Shown here one piece after another: positions 28,201-41,100 of a stretch of DNA of 64,000 nucleotides (position 1 is its first letter; every line of letters begins with the position of its first letter). The notes beneath the pieces were generated by a model that was not told the origin of the DNA, did not search any database, and saw only the letters and a list, made by a program, of their open reading frames with translations. The stretch covers positions 6,831-70,830 of the IMG/VR virus record IMGVR_UViG_3300030372_002840; one strand, 5' to 3'. This DNA comes from a virus. Its lineage: Duplodnaviria; Caudoviricetes. A program made the translations under genes and the position numbers.

Positions 28201-30007
28201 TAGTTATTTAAAACTAGGAGGTAGATCTTTTGCAGATAGGCACGAAGCTATGGTAAAGTCAGGAGCATCTCAAACAGAAATTGATGCATTAGCTGATATG
28301 CAAGAAAAAACAGCAGGTAGAAAAAAGATGCGTTTAGGAGGAAAAAGAAAGTTATATAAGCGAGGAGGATATCCTTTTTATAATAATGACATAAATTCTC
28401 CTGATACTCCATTTTATACTACTTCACATAACCCTGATGGAGAAAGAGGTAATAGTGTTATTTATTATTACTACGATCCTAATGATGTTAATTCTGAAAA
28501 AACATTTACATCTGAGGCAGCTATGAAAGAGCATATGAAAGGGACAGGAACAACTGCTTATTTTCCAAATACAGCGAATAATTTAGGTGAGAACCCTTCT
28601 TATAATTTTCCAGTACAAGATACATCATCAGACGATTCAGGCTCAGATGATCCAGGCTCAGGTACTAGTGAAGAAGAGTTGAAATTTCAACAACAAACTG
28701 GCATTGATTCAAGTAATCCAGATTATTTTTATTTCTTTAGACAATGGCAACAAGGAGAGTATGAAGGTGATATAAATGATGGATCTGAAGACGATTTTTC
28801 TGAAGATGATTCAGGTACAGATAGTCCAGGTGCAGCATGGGAAGGGTTATATAATAATCTAAAAATGAATGATGTAGAGCCTTATTTAGAAGAGATTAGA
28901 CAATTAACAGGATTAGAAGATTTTGATTTTAAAAATCCTGAACATGTTAAAAACCTACAGACAAGGTTAACGGGAGATCCTGATGAAGAAGGATTTATTA
29001 CAGGAGAAGAAGGAGAGTACATTGGAAAAGAAGGAAAAAAATCTGTTAACTTTGCAGGTATAGATGGTAAATTTGGTACAGATACATTTGAAGCTTTAAA
29101 GCTTATGCTTGACAATCAAGAAGATGATGAGCCTGTAGATGATGAACCTACGGATGATACCCCTAAAGAAGATGATAAAAAAGTTGATCTTAATGAAGAT
29201 AAAAAAGAATCAGAGGTAAACATGGATTTCAAAAAGCCTTTCCCTTGGCATAAAGTTGCAGCGGGAGTAGGAATGGGTATACAAATGCTACCAGCTATTG
29301 CAGCTATGAGATCTAAACCTGATTACATGGCCGCTCCTGGAGAAGTACCAAAAACTCATTTAGATAGAGTAAGGTTTGATGATGCACGAGCAGCAAATCA
29401 AAGAGAGCTTAGAGGTATGGGTAGATTTATAGAGCAAAGTGGTTTAGGCCCTGGAGGTATAGCTGCTAAAATGGCTGCATACGAAAAGAGTAATCAGCAG
29501 GAAGCTAAAATTGGTGCAATGGAAAAACGACAAAATGCAGCTATAGCTAATCAAGAAGCAGGTATGAATCAAAAAGCAGCTATGCAAAATGTTAAAAACA
29601 GAATGTATGTTAATGAATTTAATACTGGAGCAAGAGCAGCCACTAAAGATAGAAAATTAAGTGGATTAGATACGATGGCTAAAAACGTTGCAGGTATGAC
29701 TAAAGATTTATTAGCTTATAAAAGTCAACAAGATTTAGCAAGAGCTGTTGCTGGTAATACAGGTGTAAATGAAAGATTTTGGGAAATAGAAACTGCATTT
29801 AGAAAAGCTAATCCTAATTTATCACCTGGTACTGAAGACTACAATAACGCATTAACTCAATATACTACCTATCATACAAATCAATCTCAACAATTAGTTA
29901 ATAATGTTGAAAATCAAACTGATAATCAAGACGCAGATAATGCTAGATATGGAGGATACAAAAGAAATAGAAAAAAACTAAAACGTAAAAAACAAATTTA
30001 TGGCTAA
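25274..30007 (+). CDS. Virion cargo/ejection protein, modular, punctuated by basic GG motifs
   Basis: Follows the muzzle gene; Gly zipper, GRSHEQGGI...EVEGGE motif, pre-toxin-TG-like segment, acidic region, C-terminal helical region. Confidence 0.6.
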   Translation: MIKKKLIKKKGKKRPIKKKLIRRYNTGGMYQPQLPASMMPIQNIVYEQTDPNYLDQYEQGLDAADQQSRTWRQQTMQQQQQQDANTAQFAGQLQKLAQLDQAQQLGSKATDFVKDLFGKKPGVSPAPTGPLSIGDLQSMTGGAPVGPSLANPTAGMDLGLDFSSKLPGAGASPGLNLQTTNVQDYVSKGLQDNITGGASNLTSTASQTGKSFLGTGKEFAQTKVGGSLTSALKNPMLYTMGAQLIGGAISKKADDFDPTTFTGKEKTGRMLSQAGQWASVGSALGPLGTLAGGIGGAIFGAASGKKMAKQAQAREREVQKQRGRALANMGMAQSQMKEYSGYDLGMGYARMGGKRLYQKGGKGKGLEKLIYDQYGKPITATTGYTDSKKKAFHSDIGTYHPMAIGTILSKEDRTLMRNAILKEKGRFYKGKKKEFVGGSLDNTIDYYSRKGDIYPNDPGPDGSYRPNYTVEESYKTVGEILKDPEEENYDERTMGKIKIPRRIKRNYKTGGPDEKRLIRNMQHTIPLNARTLLESMSGIESDITEDDLTGRQKRKLQEVVRKNLSEGKNIIEYTDFDDMGTKDLGWAETDESDTLSDITKKSLTDPAYNLKTTLGQANIKIVPREDGSAKMDTIVTDSYDFNNAKKIQQDMASRGLTKKEKFNEILKKDNKSVFGKLREMAAAFGPKAGEGRDVKINISDDARYGGLRNMYKGGGFDFNVNQERQRLKDYDAPGGTADKYQKMATQPWSEQLDDIQTALTVGGMTPVIGAGADLLNTGVSGVRTLTNLFSGNIDNAKKHAVNTGVNALTTVPMLGQGVAGGKLAQTIYKGGAKQLDNLTNAKNLKQGVSAATTNIVDPFIKASKGDPLYTTKALGKTLKGEKLLGIDTDINPGPVGFPLMTSPDVQGPMPRQLGRMGGQRLQGGIAKPLPGGATKFIGRSHEQGGIMVDPMTEVEGGETMDKVNFGKGGKKDYFFSSYLKLGGRSFADRHEAMVKSGASQTEIDALADMQEKTAGRKKMRLGGKRKLYKRGGYPFYNNDINSPDTPFYTTSHNPDGERGNSVIYYYYDPNDVNSEKTFTSEAAMKEHMKGTGTTAYFPNTANNLGENPSYNFPVQDTSSDDSGSDDPGSGTSEEELKFQQQTGIDSSNPDYFYFFRQWQQGEYEGDINDGSEDDFSEDDSGTDSPGAAWEGLYNNLKMNDVEPYLEEIRQLTGLEDFDFKNPEHVKNLQTRLTGDPDEEGFITGEEGEYIGKEGKKSVNFAGIDGKFGTDTFEALKLMLDNQEDDEPVDDEPTDDTPKEDDKKVDLNEDKKESEVNMDFKKPFPWHKVAAGVGMGIQMLPAIAAMRSKPDYMAAPGEVPKTHLDRVRFDDARAANQRELRGMGRFIEQSGLGPGGIAAKMAAYEKSNQQEAKIGAMEKRQNAAIANQEAGMNQKAAMQNVKNRMYVNEFNTGARAATKDRKLSGLDTMAKNVAGMTKDLLAYKSQQDLARAVAGNTGVNERFWEIETAFRKANPNLSPGTEDYNNALTQYTTYHTNQSQQLVNNVENQTDNQDADNARYGGYKRNRKKLKRKKQIYG
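25343..29956 (+). repeat. Seven protein-level R-x-GG / Y-x-x-GG motifs
   Basis: YNTGG 25343; ARMGGKRLYQKGG 26318; YKTGG 26792; ARYGGLRNMYKGGG 27377; GRMGGQRLQGG 28013; MRLGGKRKLYKRGG 28328; ARYGG 29942. Confidence 0.8.
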
Positions 30008-32126
30008 TAAATATAGTAGATATCAACTACAACCTTATGTAAGTCAATACGTAGACCCCCAACGAGTAAAAATTGCACAAACATTAAGAGATAGATGGGA
30101 TAAAAATAAAATGCAATATGATTTATTAAATCGTACTGCAAATTCTATGAATGTTTTAGATGGGGATAGACATCATAAAGAAGCAGCTGTAGACAATATT
30201 AATTCTACATTTAAAGATACTATTAGCGCAAATAATTTTGAAAATGCGGGAACTGTAGTATCTAATGCAGTAACAGATTGGCAAGGTAATGAAGCATTAA
30301 ATGCATCTAGGCAATCATATGCTAATTGGGAAACAGACCAAAAAGTAAAAATGGAATTAAGAGCTAAAGGACAAACTGTACTTTTTGATAAAGTATATGT
30401 TAGGGACGCTCAAGGTAATATCCAATACGATGAAAATAACCAACCTATGATGATGGATGCTGGGCAAACGCACAGTTCTTATGAAGTAGATCCTAATACA
30501 GGAGAAGTTCGTACTAATATATTTACAGGAACTTCAGAAGCACAATTAAATTATTCAGCCAAAATGGAAGAAATGCTACAAAATATTGCAGAAGATCCTG
30601 TATATTTGCAAAGTTATAATTTAGTTGAGCAAGATATATTAGGGTATATGGCATACGGAACTGAAATTGGCGAAGAAAAAGTAAAAAGAATTGTAAATGC
30701 TTTACAAGGCGCCTATTTAGATTCTAGCGAAGGAAGACAGCAATTAAGGAAGTTAACTGAATTAGATATAAATAGCGCTACAGGGCAAAATTTTACGCAA
30801 GAAGAAGCTTTAAATGTAATAGGGCAACAAATGCAGGCTATAGGATCTAAACAAGTTGGTAAGAAGTTACAGTATATGAAAAATGATTACTTTTTTAAAC
30901 AATTAGATAATATGCAAGAGACTAGTAGTCAGTTAGAATTAACTTCTGTTAGAAGAAACGTTGTTCAAAATAGTAAACCTATAACAGCTTTAGATATTCT
31001 AAAGAATAAGGATGGTATATTAAAAGATAAGTATTTTAAAGATGATGGTAGCGGTAATTACAATTTTAGTAATTCTTTTATGCGTGAGTCTGGACTTGCT
31101 AATGTGCCAATAACAGAAGAAAACATAGAAACAATACTAACAGATATTGCTGCTCAATTAGACGTAGATATAGATGCTGCGGGCGGAGATGTAAATAAAG
31201 TAGAACAAGCTAAATTAAAAGCAAATAGAGATGCTTATGTAGCTAATTTACTTTTAAAGAATAAAGAACACAGATACGCAGTAGATTCTAATGGGCAAGC
31301 TTATTTTAAAAATGATAAAGAATTTTTACAATCATTATCTGATGCTCAAAAAGCATATACACATTTTGTAGAAAAGATGTATGTACCAAATCAAGGATAT
31401 CAAACATATGTAGCAAATCAAGTACATCAAGGTACATTTGATGGAGTGCCTTGGATAGTAAGAAATAGTAAAGGCCAATTTAGTCAAAGTAAATCTGAAT
31501 CAATAGATTTCTTAGCAGATTTATATAGAAGAGGAGGAGGTAGCGGTAAAGGCAAAAACGCAACTAGAGCTGCAATTGAAGCTGCATTAAGAGATCCAAA
31601 AAATATTTCAGCCCCTGGATTTACAGCTGGTGGTCGAACTCCAGGTTCTCATATAATAACAGTGCAAGTTCCTGCAAATAGAGAGCAAGGTACTAAAGCT
31701 TTTTCAGTAGAAATAGAAGTAGGGGGAACTAGAGATGGTGAACAAGCATTTAGTAAGAGTCACGAAATAATGAATAACTTGCGAAATCATAACTACAATC
31801 AAACTACATCAGTTGAATTAGGATTAACTAGAATAGACGGAGATGTGCCAGTTATGCAAGTAGGTAATTATTCGTATGAGTTTAATCCTAAAACTAGAAC
31901 TATAGAACCTATACTAAACATAGATTATTACAAAGTAGTAGATGGAAAAGTATCTCAAGATATTTATAAATCTGTTGGACCTACAAATGCTTCTAATCCA
32001 AGTCAGTGGAGAGGCATGCATTTAATAGATTCATTAATGGAAGCTGAAATGCAAGGCTTTATGAGATCAACTTCTTACATGAACTATTTAAATGCTGCAA
32101 AATTAAGTAGTAGCGGACTTACATAA
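30000..32126 (+). CDS. Virion cargo/ejection protein
   Basis: MANKYSRYQLQPYVSQYVDP N-terminus typical of the second crAss-like cargo protein; mostly helical; lies between cargo 1 and the RNAP. Confidence 0.55.
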   Translation: MANKYSRYQLQPYVSQYVDPQRVKIAQTLRDRWDKNKMQYDLLNRTANSMNVLDGDRHHKEAAVDNINSTFKDTISANNFENAGTVVSNAVTDWQGNEALNASRQSYANWETDQKVKMELRAKGQTVLFDKVYVRDAQGNIQYDENNQPMMMDAGQTHSSYEVDPNTGEVRTNIFTGTSEAQLNYSAKMEEMLQNIAEDPVYLQSYNLVEQDILGYMAYGTEIGEEKVKRIVNALQGAYLDSSEGRQQLRKLTELDINSATGQNFTQEEALNVIGQQMQAIGSKQVGKKLQYMKNDYFFKQLDNMQETSSQLELTSVRRNVVQNSKPITALDILKNKDGILKDKYFKDDGSGNYNFSNSFMRESGLANVPITEENIETILTDIAAQLDVDIDAAGGDVNKVEQAKLKANRDAYVANLLLKNKEHRYAVDSNGQAYFKNDKEFLQSLSDAQKAYTHFVEKMYVPNQGYQTYVANQVHQGTFDGVPWIVRNSKGQFSQSKSESIDFLADLYRRGGGSGKGKNATRAAIEAALRDPKNISAPGFTAGGRTPGSHIITVQVPANREQGTKAFSVEIEVGGTRDGEQAFSKSHEIMNNLRNHNYNQTTSVELGLTRIDGDVPVMQVGNYSYEFNPKTRTIEPILNIDYYKVVDGKVSQDIYKSVGPTNASNPSQWRGMHLIDSLMEAEMQGFMRSTSYMNYLNAAKLSSSGLT

Positions 32127-32137
32127 AACTAAATTAT

Positions 32138-35100
32138 ATGGCTGAGGAATTAACACCTGATTTAACAAATTTTTCTACTACAGAAGAACTTCCTGTAGAT
32201 AATCAACTTACTGAACAAGAAGAAGAAAAAAAAGAAGATATATCTCCTGATATATCCTCTTACGCTCCTGTAGCTAGAATTAAAGGCCAGTCGGCAATAA
32301 AAGAAATGTCTCCTACACCTTTAGGTAATTTAGGTTTAGGGTTAGGAGATTCTAAATGGGATTTTCATAGAAAACATGAGGGGCTTACATTAGAGCAAGC
32401 AGTAGATATTAATGAAACTAGAGGAAGACGTCAAAGTAAAGGCGACAAGTGGGCCAATGGTATGCTTAAAGCTTTAGGTAAAACAGGCACAAATCTTGTT
32501 GGAGGTACAATAGGTGCTATTTATGGGGCGGCTTCTGGTTTATATAATTTAGAATTTGATAAAGTATTTAATAACTCATTTGCAAATAGTTTAGATAATA
32601 TAAATGAATGGATGGATAACAAGCTTCCTAATTATTATACTAAATATGAAAGAGAGGCAGAGTTTTGGAGAAGAGCGGGAACTGCTAATTTTTGGTCTGA
32701 TCAATTTATGAATGGTATGAGTTTTGTTGCTGGTGCAGCATTAACAGAAATGGCTTGGGTTTATGCTACAGGTTTAACATTTGGAGCAGCAGCGCCAATA
32801 GCAGCGGCTGCACATGCAAGAAACATGGCTCGTCTAAAAAGAATATTTAAAGTAGCAGATAGAGGAGCAGATGCTAATAAGTTAAAGGAACTAACAAGGG
32901 CTGCTCAACAAACTACCTTATTAAGACAAGGAGGAAACCTTATGAGGCAAATCTATACAGGAGCTGGATATGAAGCTGGTGTTGAAGCTAGAGGGCATTA
33001 TGATCATTTAAAACAAGCTCTAATAGATAAAGCAAAACTAGAAAATGGGGGTAAAGAATTGTCTGAAACAGAACTTGAGAAAATAGAAAAAGTAGCTAGA
33101 GCAAGTTCTAATGGTGTATTTACAGGTAATTTACTTCTTGTTGGAGGAGGTAATATGTTAATGCTTAGTAAACTATATGGACCAGGTCATGCAATAAAAA
33201 AAGGATGGAATAAGGCTATGTCTTCTATTATACCTGGATTTGGAAAAGGTGTTAGAGTAGCAGGTAAAGGAGCTAGTAAAAAAGCGCAAGCTGCATATAA
33301 AACAAGTCGTTTAGGACAAGCTTTAGGAGTACCACAAAAAGCACAAGAATTTATAAACAAAGGATTATCTAGAACTAAAGCAGCATTAAAAGTTCCTTTG
33401 TATGAAGGGTTTGTAGAAGAAGGTGGGCAATCTGTAATTGATAAAGCTGCATATAATTACAATATGTTAAAGTATGGGCCTGAGGGTCAAAAAACTGCCG
33501 TTTCTTTGTTAGAAGCTACTAGACAGGCTGGTATGGAAACTTATGGTAGTGATGATGGTATGACTGAGGTAATGTTAGGATTTTTAATAGGTGCAATTGG
33601 TTTACCTGGAGCTAGTGGAAGTCTTACAAATATACAGCAACAATTGAAAGACGTTGGAGCAAGAGAAGATCTACAAGATTTTATGGCTGACTACTACAAT
33701 AAAAATGTTGATTTATTAGCCGCTTTAAAATCTCAGGGCGAGTTTATGACTGAAACACAAGAACTATCTAATTTAATGGACCATGCCATGGCTGAAGGTA
33801 ATTTAGCCGCTTGGAAAGATCTTGAAAACGACCAGTTATTTTCATATGTAAAATCAAAAATAATGAGTGGTCAGTTTGCAGATATTGTAGAAGATGCAGA
33901 ATCACTTAGAAACTTAAGTGATGAACAATTTATGGAATTGTTTGATTACAATAAAGAAGATTTTAAAAGTTCAGCAGACATATCAAAAAGAAAAAATAAA
34001 GTTGCAGATGATGTTATAAAAAGAGCAAACAAAATCAAGGAAGGTTTTGATGCAGTAGATGGAATGTTTGACTTTGGTAAAGAAAAGTGGACTAATGAAG
34101 AAGCTAAAAAGTTAAGAGAGAGTATGGCGCACTCGTTATCAGTAATTGAAAACGTGTCAGAGAGAGAAAAAGCATTAACTTACGCACTAGCAGAATTAAC
34201 AGGTGGTAGAGTTGTAGAGTCACAAGATACTAAAAATAAAGGAGCTGCAAGGACTATAGTATACGGTGAAGGGGAAAATTCAAAATCGTTTACATTAAGT
34301 GATTTTAGCAGTTCTACTGATTTACATAATTATAAAAAATATCAAAAAGTATTAAAAGATATTGACTCTGGAAAAATGAAAGAATCTCCTATTCCAGGCA
34401 AGTCTATAGAAGAGGCTAGAGCAATTATAGCAGATACTTTAGAACAATTAAGGGTTAGAATTGATCAGTTTGCAGGTAGCCCAGAAGTAGATATAACAGA
34501 ATTAACAGCAGAAGAATTAGATTTATTATCAGCCTTTTTACCGCAAATGGAAGAATGGGGACAAAACGATCCTGCAGGATATGGTAAAAATCTTAAAGAA
34601 GCTCTTCAGTTAATTAAAGATCTTAGACATTTACGTGCTAGAAGACATGAGTTTATTGGAAACTTTAATAATCTTATGTATGGTCCTAAAGTTGCGAGAG
34701 ATCAGCATTTACAAGAAATAGAAAGATATATTGAAGATATAAAAAATGAAGAAGGTGTAGAAGGATTAATGGACCCTGAAGCTAGAGAACTATTTCAAAA
34801 ATTTGGTCCTAATGCTAAATTTAAAGTTAATGATAAATTCTATAGATTTACTCCCGAAGGTATATTGTATGAAGATGGAGATAAAAATCAAACTCCTGTA
34901 GATCCTAGTATTCTTAGAGGTATTGCAGAACAAGATATTATAACTACAGAAAAAGAAAAAGCAACTAAATTATTAGATGCGTTAAAAAAGCTAAAAGAAA
35001 AGAAAGGAGAAAAGATTAAAGAGCTGCATAACAAAATAGCTGAAGAAGAAGAAAAGATTTTACAATATCTTATAGAGCTTGAAGAAGAGTATGAAGGATT

Positions 35101-38100
35101 TAAACAAGATACTAAGGGAAGATATAGAAAGGATGGTAAGTTTATATCTAGCAAAAAAGTACAAGAACTTAAAGAATTCCACACAGTATTAAATGAGCTT
35201 ATAAAAGAAAGTGAACTTGCTATTAAAGAAACTCAAGAGCTTGTAGATGAAATTGTAGCACAACAAGATTATATAACTGAACTTGTAGAAAAACATTATG
35301 ATCCAGAGCAAGGAATATTTACTATGGACTTTGATGCTACTTATGAACTAAGTAAACAAGTTCGTATGACTGGGGCTGAATTACTAGGATTACCTATTAT
35401 AGGTGATATGGAATCAGGAAAGTCTTTACAAGAACCTGCAGACCACATAAAAAAATCTAAAGAAATTATAGATGGTATAAATGAGGTTGTAGATGCTGCA
35501 AAAACAAATATAGCAATACTACAAGAAAAAATCTTTGAATTAAAACAGACTAGAAATGATCTAGAACAAATTCTTATACGTAAACTAAAAGAAGCTGAAT
35601 CTGGTCTTCAGTCTGTACAAGGTAAAACTTTGGATGAGATTTATGTAAATAATGTAAGCAATGCTGATAAAACCGTAGCAGTATTAGAAGCTCAGGAAGA
35701 AGAGGATGGAGTTCCGCAAGAGCAAAGAAAATCTACACCATTACGTCGGTTATTAAATATAATATATGAAACTGGAGGTAAAGGATTAACTACTTTTTCT
35801 GAGTACAGAACTTTTATAGAAGATAATCCAGGTATATTAGATCCTTTAGATGTGTATTTACAAGATGTATTTAAAGTAAATAACGCTTTAAATGATGCTA
35901 ACTTTTTAAAACAAGAACTAGATTTATTAGATAATGAAATATCTAATATTAAAAATCTTATAAATGAAATTAGATCTGACCAAGGTAATGAAGCAGATGC
36001 AGATCAAACAATACAACTAGCTAATAGTGTAATAGAAGCAGGCAGATTCCAAACTATAATGGATGAGTTAACAGAGTTAATGTTAGAGCTAGAAGAGGAA
36101 ATTTTAAAACCTATTGCAAATAAAGATGATGATAGTGCAGATCCTAGTGATCCTAAACCATCAGATACTACTACTGATCCTAATCCTCCTACAGACGGGA
36201 ACAATACTAATAACGATAAAAATACAGAAAAAGACAATAAAAGATTGTACACAATGTCTGTAGAGTCTCCTTATTTATACTCTTCTACAACAGGTATGCA
36301 TAATACACATTTAGAAAGATATAGAATATTAGGTGCAAAGAAAAGTAGGACTACAGACGAAGAAAAAGAATATAAACACCATAAAAATCAATTAAAATTT
36401 TATAGAGCATTAAATGCTTATCATCCTTATAGAGTTAAAAAGGGTAGTAAACAAGCTACTGTAAGTTTAATGGCTGTATCTGCTAATGATTTAAACGACC
36501 CTAATTTAGATCCTAGAATTAAAGAGGCTTTAAAAGATAGTTTTTATAATGAAGATACTGGTAAATTTGATGATACAGGTTCTATGGATGCTCAAAAAGC
36601 AGACATTAAACTTGTTATGGTTTATACTAATTCTGGTCAACCTTATTTAGTAACAGAAAAAGGTAAGAATTCTAATAAGGGTACTGTTGCCTTTACATCT
36701 GCAAAACGTTCAACTACTGAACTAGAAACTGAAGATGGACAAGTAAGCAGATTTTCTAATCCATTAGAAAGACCTCAAGAAGAATACGATGCCTTAGTAG
36801 AAGAAAAATCAAATGCATGGGCACAATGGAGAGCAAATACATTAAATAAAAATTATGAAGATGGTGTATCTGTATTAAATAAAATATACAGAATAAATGA
36901 GGTTAGTGTAGGAATGCCAAATTTCCAAGAAAACAAATTGTTTCCAGCTAAAGGTAGAGTAGGTCAGACAAATTTAGATCAAGTAGATTTAAAAATTGCA
37001 AAAAACGTAAATAAAACTACAGGAAGAGCTACTATAACTTTAGGTAAAAAAGGTAAAGCTAGATCCTTAGATGTAAATCCAGGTTTTGTATATGTAGAAA
37101 AAAATGGAGGTTATATACCATTTAAGGTTAGAACATTAGAATCTTCTGAAGCAGATAATGTAACTAATATTCTTAGAAAAATAGCTGAAAATAGAGCACA
37201 AGCTACTAAAGAGGCTGAAGAACAAGGATTAAAAGGTGCAGAAAAAACAAATTATATAAAAGATAGGCTACATATAGTTGAAGGAGTAGATCTTGAAATA
37301 CCTGATTTAATACGACAAGTAAGAAATGTTGTATTTATGGGTAATGTTACCTCTAAAAATAAAGATCATTACAAACCAGAGTACAGACTTAGCTATGATA
37401 GAAATAAAAAAGGATACTTATATGGCTTAGATGGTTTTATTAGTAATCAACAGTTGGTAAAAAATGATGCAAAAGCAATTGCAGAGTTTAAAAATTTCTT
37501 ATTGACTAAGTATCATCAAGTTGATGCGGCTATGGTTAATGCTTCTAGAACAAAAGAAAAAGGAAAGAAAGCTACATCTAATCCGTATACACACTTAGTT
37601 TTAGATAATAACTTGAATGTGAATCAAGAAAAAACTAAAACATATAAAAACTATGTTGAGTATTTATTAGAAAATGAAGGTAGAGATACAGCGCCTCCTT
37701 TGCAAGTATCTGTCCCTCAAGATGATGAAGGTATAGAAGCACCTCAATTTAAGTATAGAAAAGTAATGTTTGATGCAAATCAACCTACTAAACGAAGTAC
37801 AGCCCCTGTATTAACGCCAGAGGATACTAGTATTGCAAATGAAACTATAGGAGATGAAGCTATAGAGGGTGCTCATCCTACACAAACAGAATCTTTACAA
37901 TTATTTACACCTGTTTTAAATTTATTAGGAGAACAGAAAGCTTACACATTACCTTCAACTCCTGATTTTCCTAACGGTATCAAAATAACTCCTATTATTG
38001 TAGACGGTAAAGTTACTGGGCATAAGGCTATACTAAACTACTTTCAAATAGATCCTACTAATCCTATGATTGAATCTACTTTCCCTAAAGGATTGACTTG

Positions 38101-41100
38101 GGATCAAACAATAAATTTACTTAAAAAAGATTTTGCAGAATATAAACAAGATCCGTGGACAGTAGGATTTGAAGATTTCTTAGCTTTTAAATATCACGCA
38201 GATATGAACTTAGAGCAAGAAAAAGAAAATTATACACTTACTGACGAGCAAATTGAAAGAGATGAAGAGTTACCTTCTGAAGATCCTTCTCCAACGCCAT
38301 CTACAAATGAAAATATAGATGAAACTTCTAGCAGTACAACAGATTTAAGTGATTTAATTTCAGAAAATACAGAGCCTTCAGAAGTCGATGTAACAGACGC
38401 AGATAACTTTATGGATGATTTTGATCCAGAGGGAGATGTAAACTTAGATGACGAGGCTGACATGGCCTATGTAGATAGTATAGAAGTACAGAATAGAGAT
38501 AATCAGCAACTAATAGATGAAATTAAAAATGCTACTAGAATGTTGCCTTGGAACGAAATAATTAAGGTCATAGGCGTTATTAATAGAAATAATAGAAGAA
38601 GCTATGGTCGTGTATTAGGGCACGGTAAAACTCTTGTATCTACTATAGGTCCCGGAGGTGTAGCATATCATGAAACATTCCATCAAGTATCTTTATATAT
38701 ACTTTCTAAAGAGTCTAGAGAGGGTATGTATTCAGCTGTTAAAAATTTAAAAGGAAAGGGCAGACCAGGATTTGGAAAGGAGATGAAATCTTTTAAAGAT
38801 TTTACAAATAGAGAAGCAGAAGAATGGTTAGCAGAAGAGTTTAGAAAATACATACTAAGTAATGGTACACGTGATTTAACAAAATACGAGACTGCAGAAA
38901 AAGGGTTTTTCAAAAGAATTTTTGATTTAATTAAAAACTTTTTAAGAACACATCTTGGGCTAAGTAATACATTACAACCTGATCCGTCTATGGCAGAAGT
39001 TCAAAGATTATTTGAAAACATTAATGCAGGTAAATATGCAGAGTCTAAACCGGATACCAGAAATGATTTAGACGCAGTAGCAGAAATGGCTATACTAGAA
39101 GGTAAATCTGCAACAGATTCTGTTGAGTTAATGAATAATATATCTATGTATTTAGGAAAACAGTTATTTAACGACAATCCTATAACTAGCGCAGATATAG
39201 AATTACTAACAGATCCTACACGTAAACAGGAATTTAGCAGAACTTTAAAATTAAAATATACAGAATCTATAAAAGATCTTAAAAAAGATTTATATCAATT
39301 AGCTGCAATTGCTAAAAAGAAAGGTAATATAACGTTATACGCTAATCTAGTAAAAGATTTAAGGTATATACAAGATAATACTAGATACTTATTTAGACAG
39401 CATAGAAACTTTATAATGCAGTTTGGATTAGATTATAATATAGAAATGGATGACGTGGCGTTAGAGCAAGATAGATCTAAAGATGTATATAATATATTAG
39501 ACTCTTTTAACTTTTCTACTGTAACTAATGCAAATCCTTTAATTAAATTAATGATAGGAACCTTACCTGGAGAAAGAAGCCAGGTTACAGGATTACCATC
39601 TGTAGTAGATTATACTAAGACTATGAACTTTTTAAAAGAAAAGTTAACAAATACAACTACTATTAGTCAGCAGATTGAAGTATTAAAAGCATTAGAACCT
39701 AATCGTCCTTATATTACAGAGCTATTAAAAAGATTAGGAGATATAGGTAATACAGGTACAATGTCTTACGACGAACTTAAGACACATAATTTATTTGCAC
39801 AAGAATTTACAACTACTAAAAATAAATTTATAACTTATTTAATAGATGAAAGAGGAAACTTTCACCCTATAGATTCTAATAAACAACAAATTAATGGTAT
39901 TATAGGTAGACAGTGGAAAAGTAATTTAATGGCTAAGATAGGCACCATGCTTAAACAAGAAGATGGTGTAAATGTTATTGACTTAGATTACAAAATACCT
40001 ATTAAAAGTTTAGGTGTAAAATTATCTATACGAGATCTACAAAATAATCCTAAGAAACTTAAAGAAATTCAAGGGCCTGCCTTAATAGATTTTTATAGTG
40101 CTATGGGTATTACATTTAGTAACCCAGATGCCTTATTAGATAATAATAATAAATTAAACGAAGAAAGTTTACCTGTTATTTTAACAGATACATTTTCATG
40201 GATTATAAGTCAATTAGACGACAATACAAAAGACTCAGATTTATTTAGTAGAGATCATTTAAATATAACTACAAAGCTTGGAAAGTTAATAGAAGCAGAG
40301 TTATTACATAATGATACAGTTGTAGAATTAAGACATTTTACGCCAGAAGGAAAGCCGGTATATGGTATTACGTTGCATAACTATATGAGTATGGTGCTTT
40401 CTGATTTAAATAAAGGAATATTGCCTAGACATTTAGAAGGAAATCCACATGCATTAAATTCTCTTTTAATAAAGCATTCTCAACAAGGAGGACAAACTAG
40501 TATAAATGTTATACAAGGTTTAGACACTAGGAATTCTAAACAGGGCTCTTTAACATCTAAATTAAGTCCTGGAGATAGGTTAGCTATTATGGCAAATTCT
40601 TTACTGCAAAAAAATCCAATATCGTCTTTATTAAGAACAGCTGATGGTAAAACAGAATACGGAATAACTCTTCCAGAATCTACACCTTCTAATATTTTAA
40701 AAGCAAATAAAATATATAAAGGGTACTTTAAAGATGAACTGCAATTAGCTAGAAATTTAAATGCTGATGGTATAGGATCTGATGTAAATTATTTTAGAAA
40801 TGAAGCGCAAGGTTTAAGAATTTTTGATTCTATTGTAAATATACCAAGCGAAACTAAGCAACATAAGCTATTTAAAGCAGACTTAACTAAAGCTTTAAAT
40901 GGTACTATGAATGTTGACGAGTTTATGGAATCTAACGGGGACTATGTTGCAGGATTAACTAGAAAGTATTTAAAAAAGGAAGCTAAAACTATTAGGGAAC
41001 TGTTACATAAAAACAGAATTATAGAAGATGTAAGTTTAGTAAATAATGGATTAGACCCACAATTACTACAAAAACTATTTAATTTAGATGGACCTGCACC

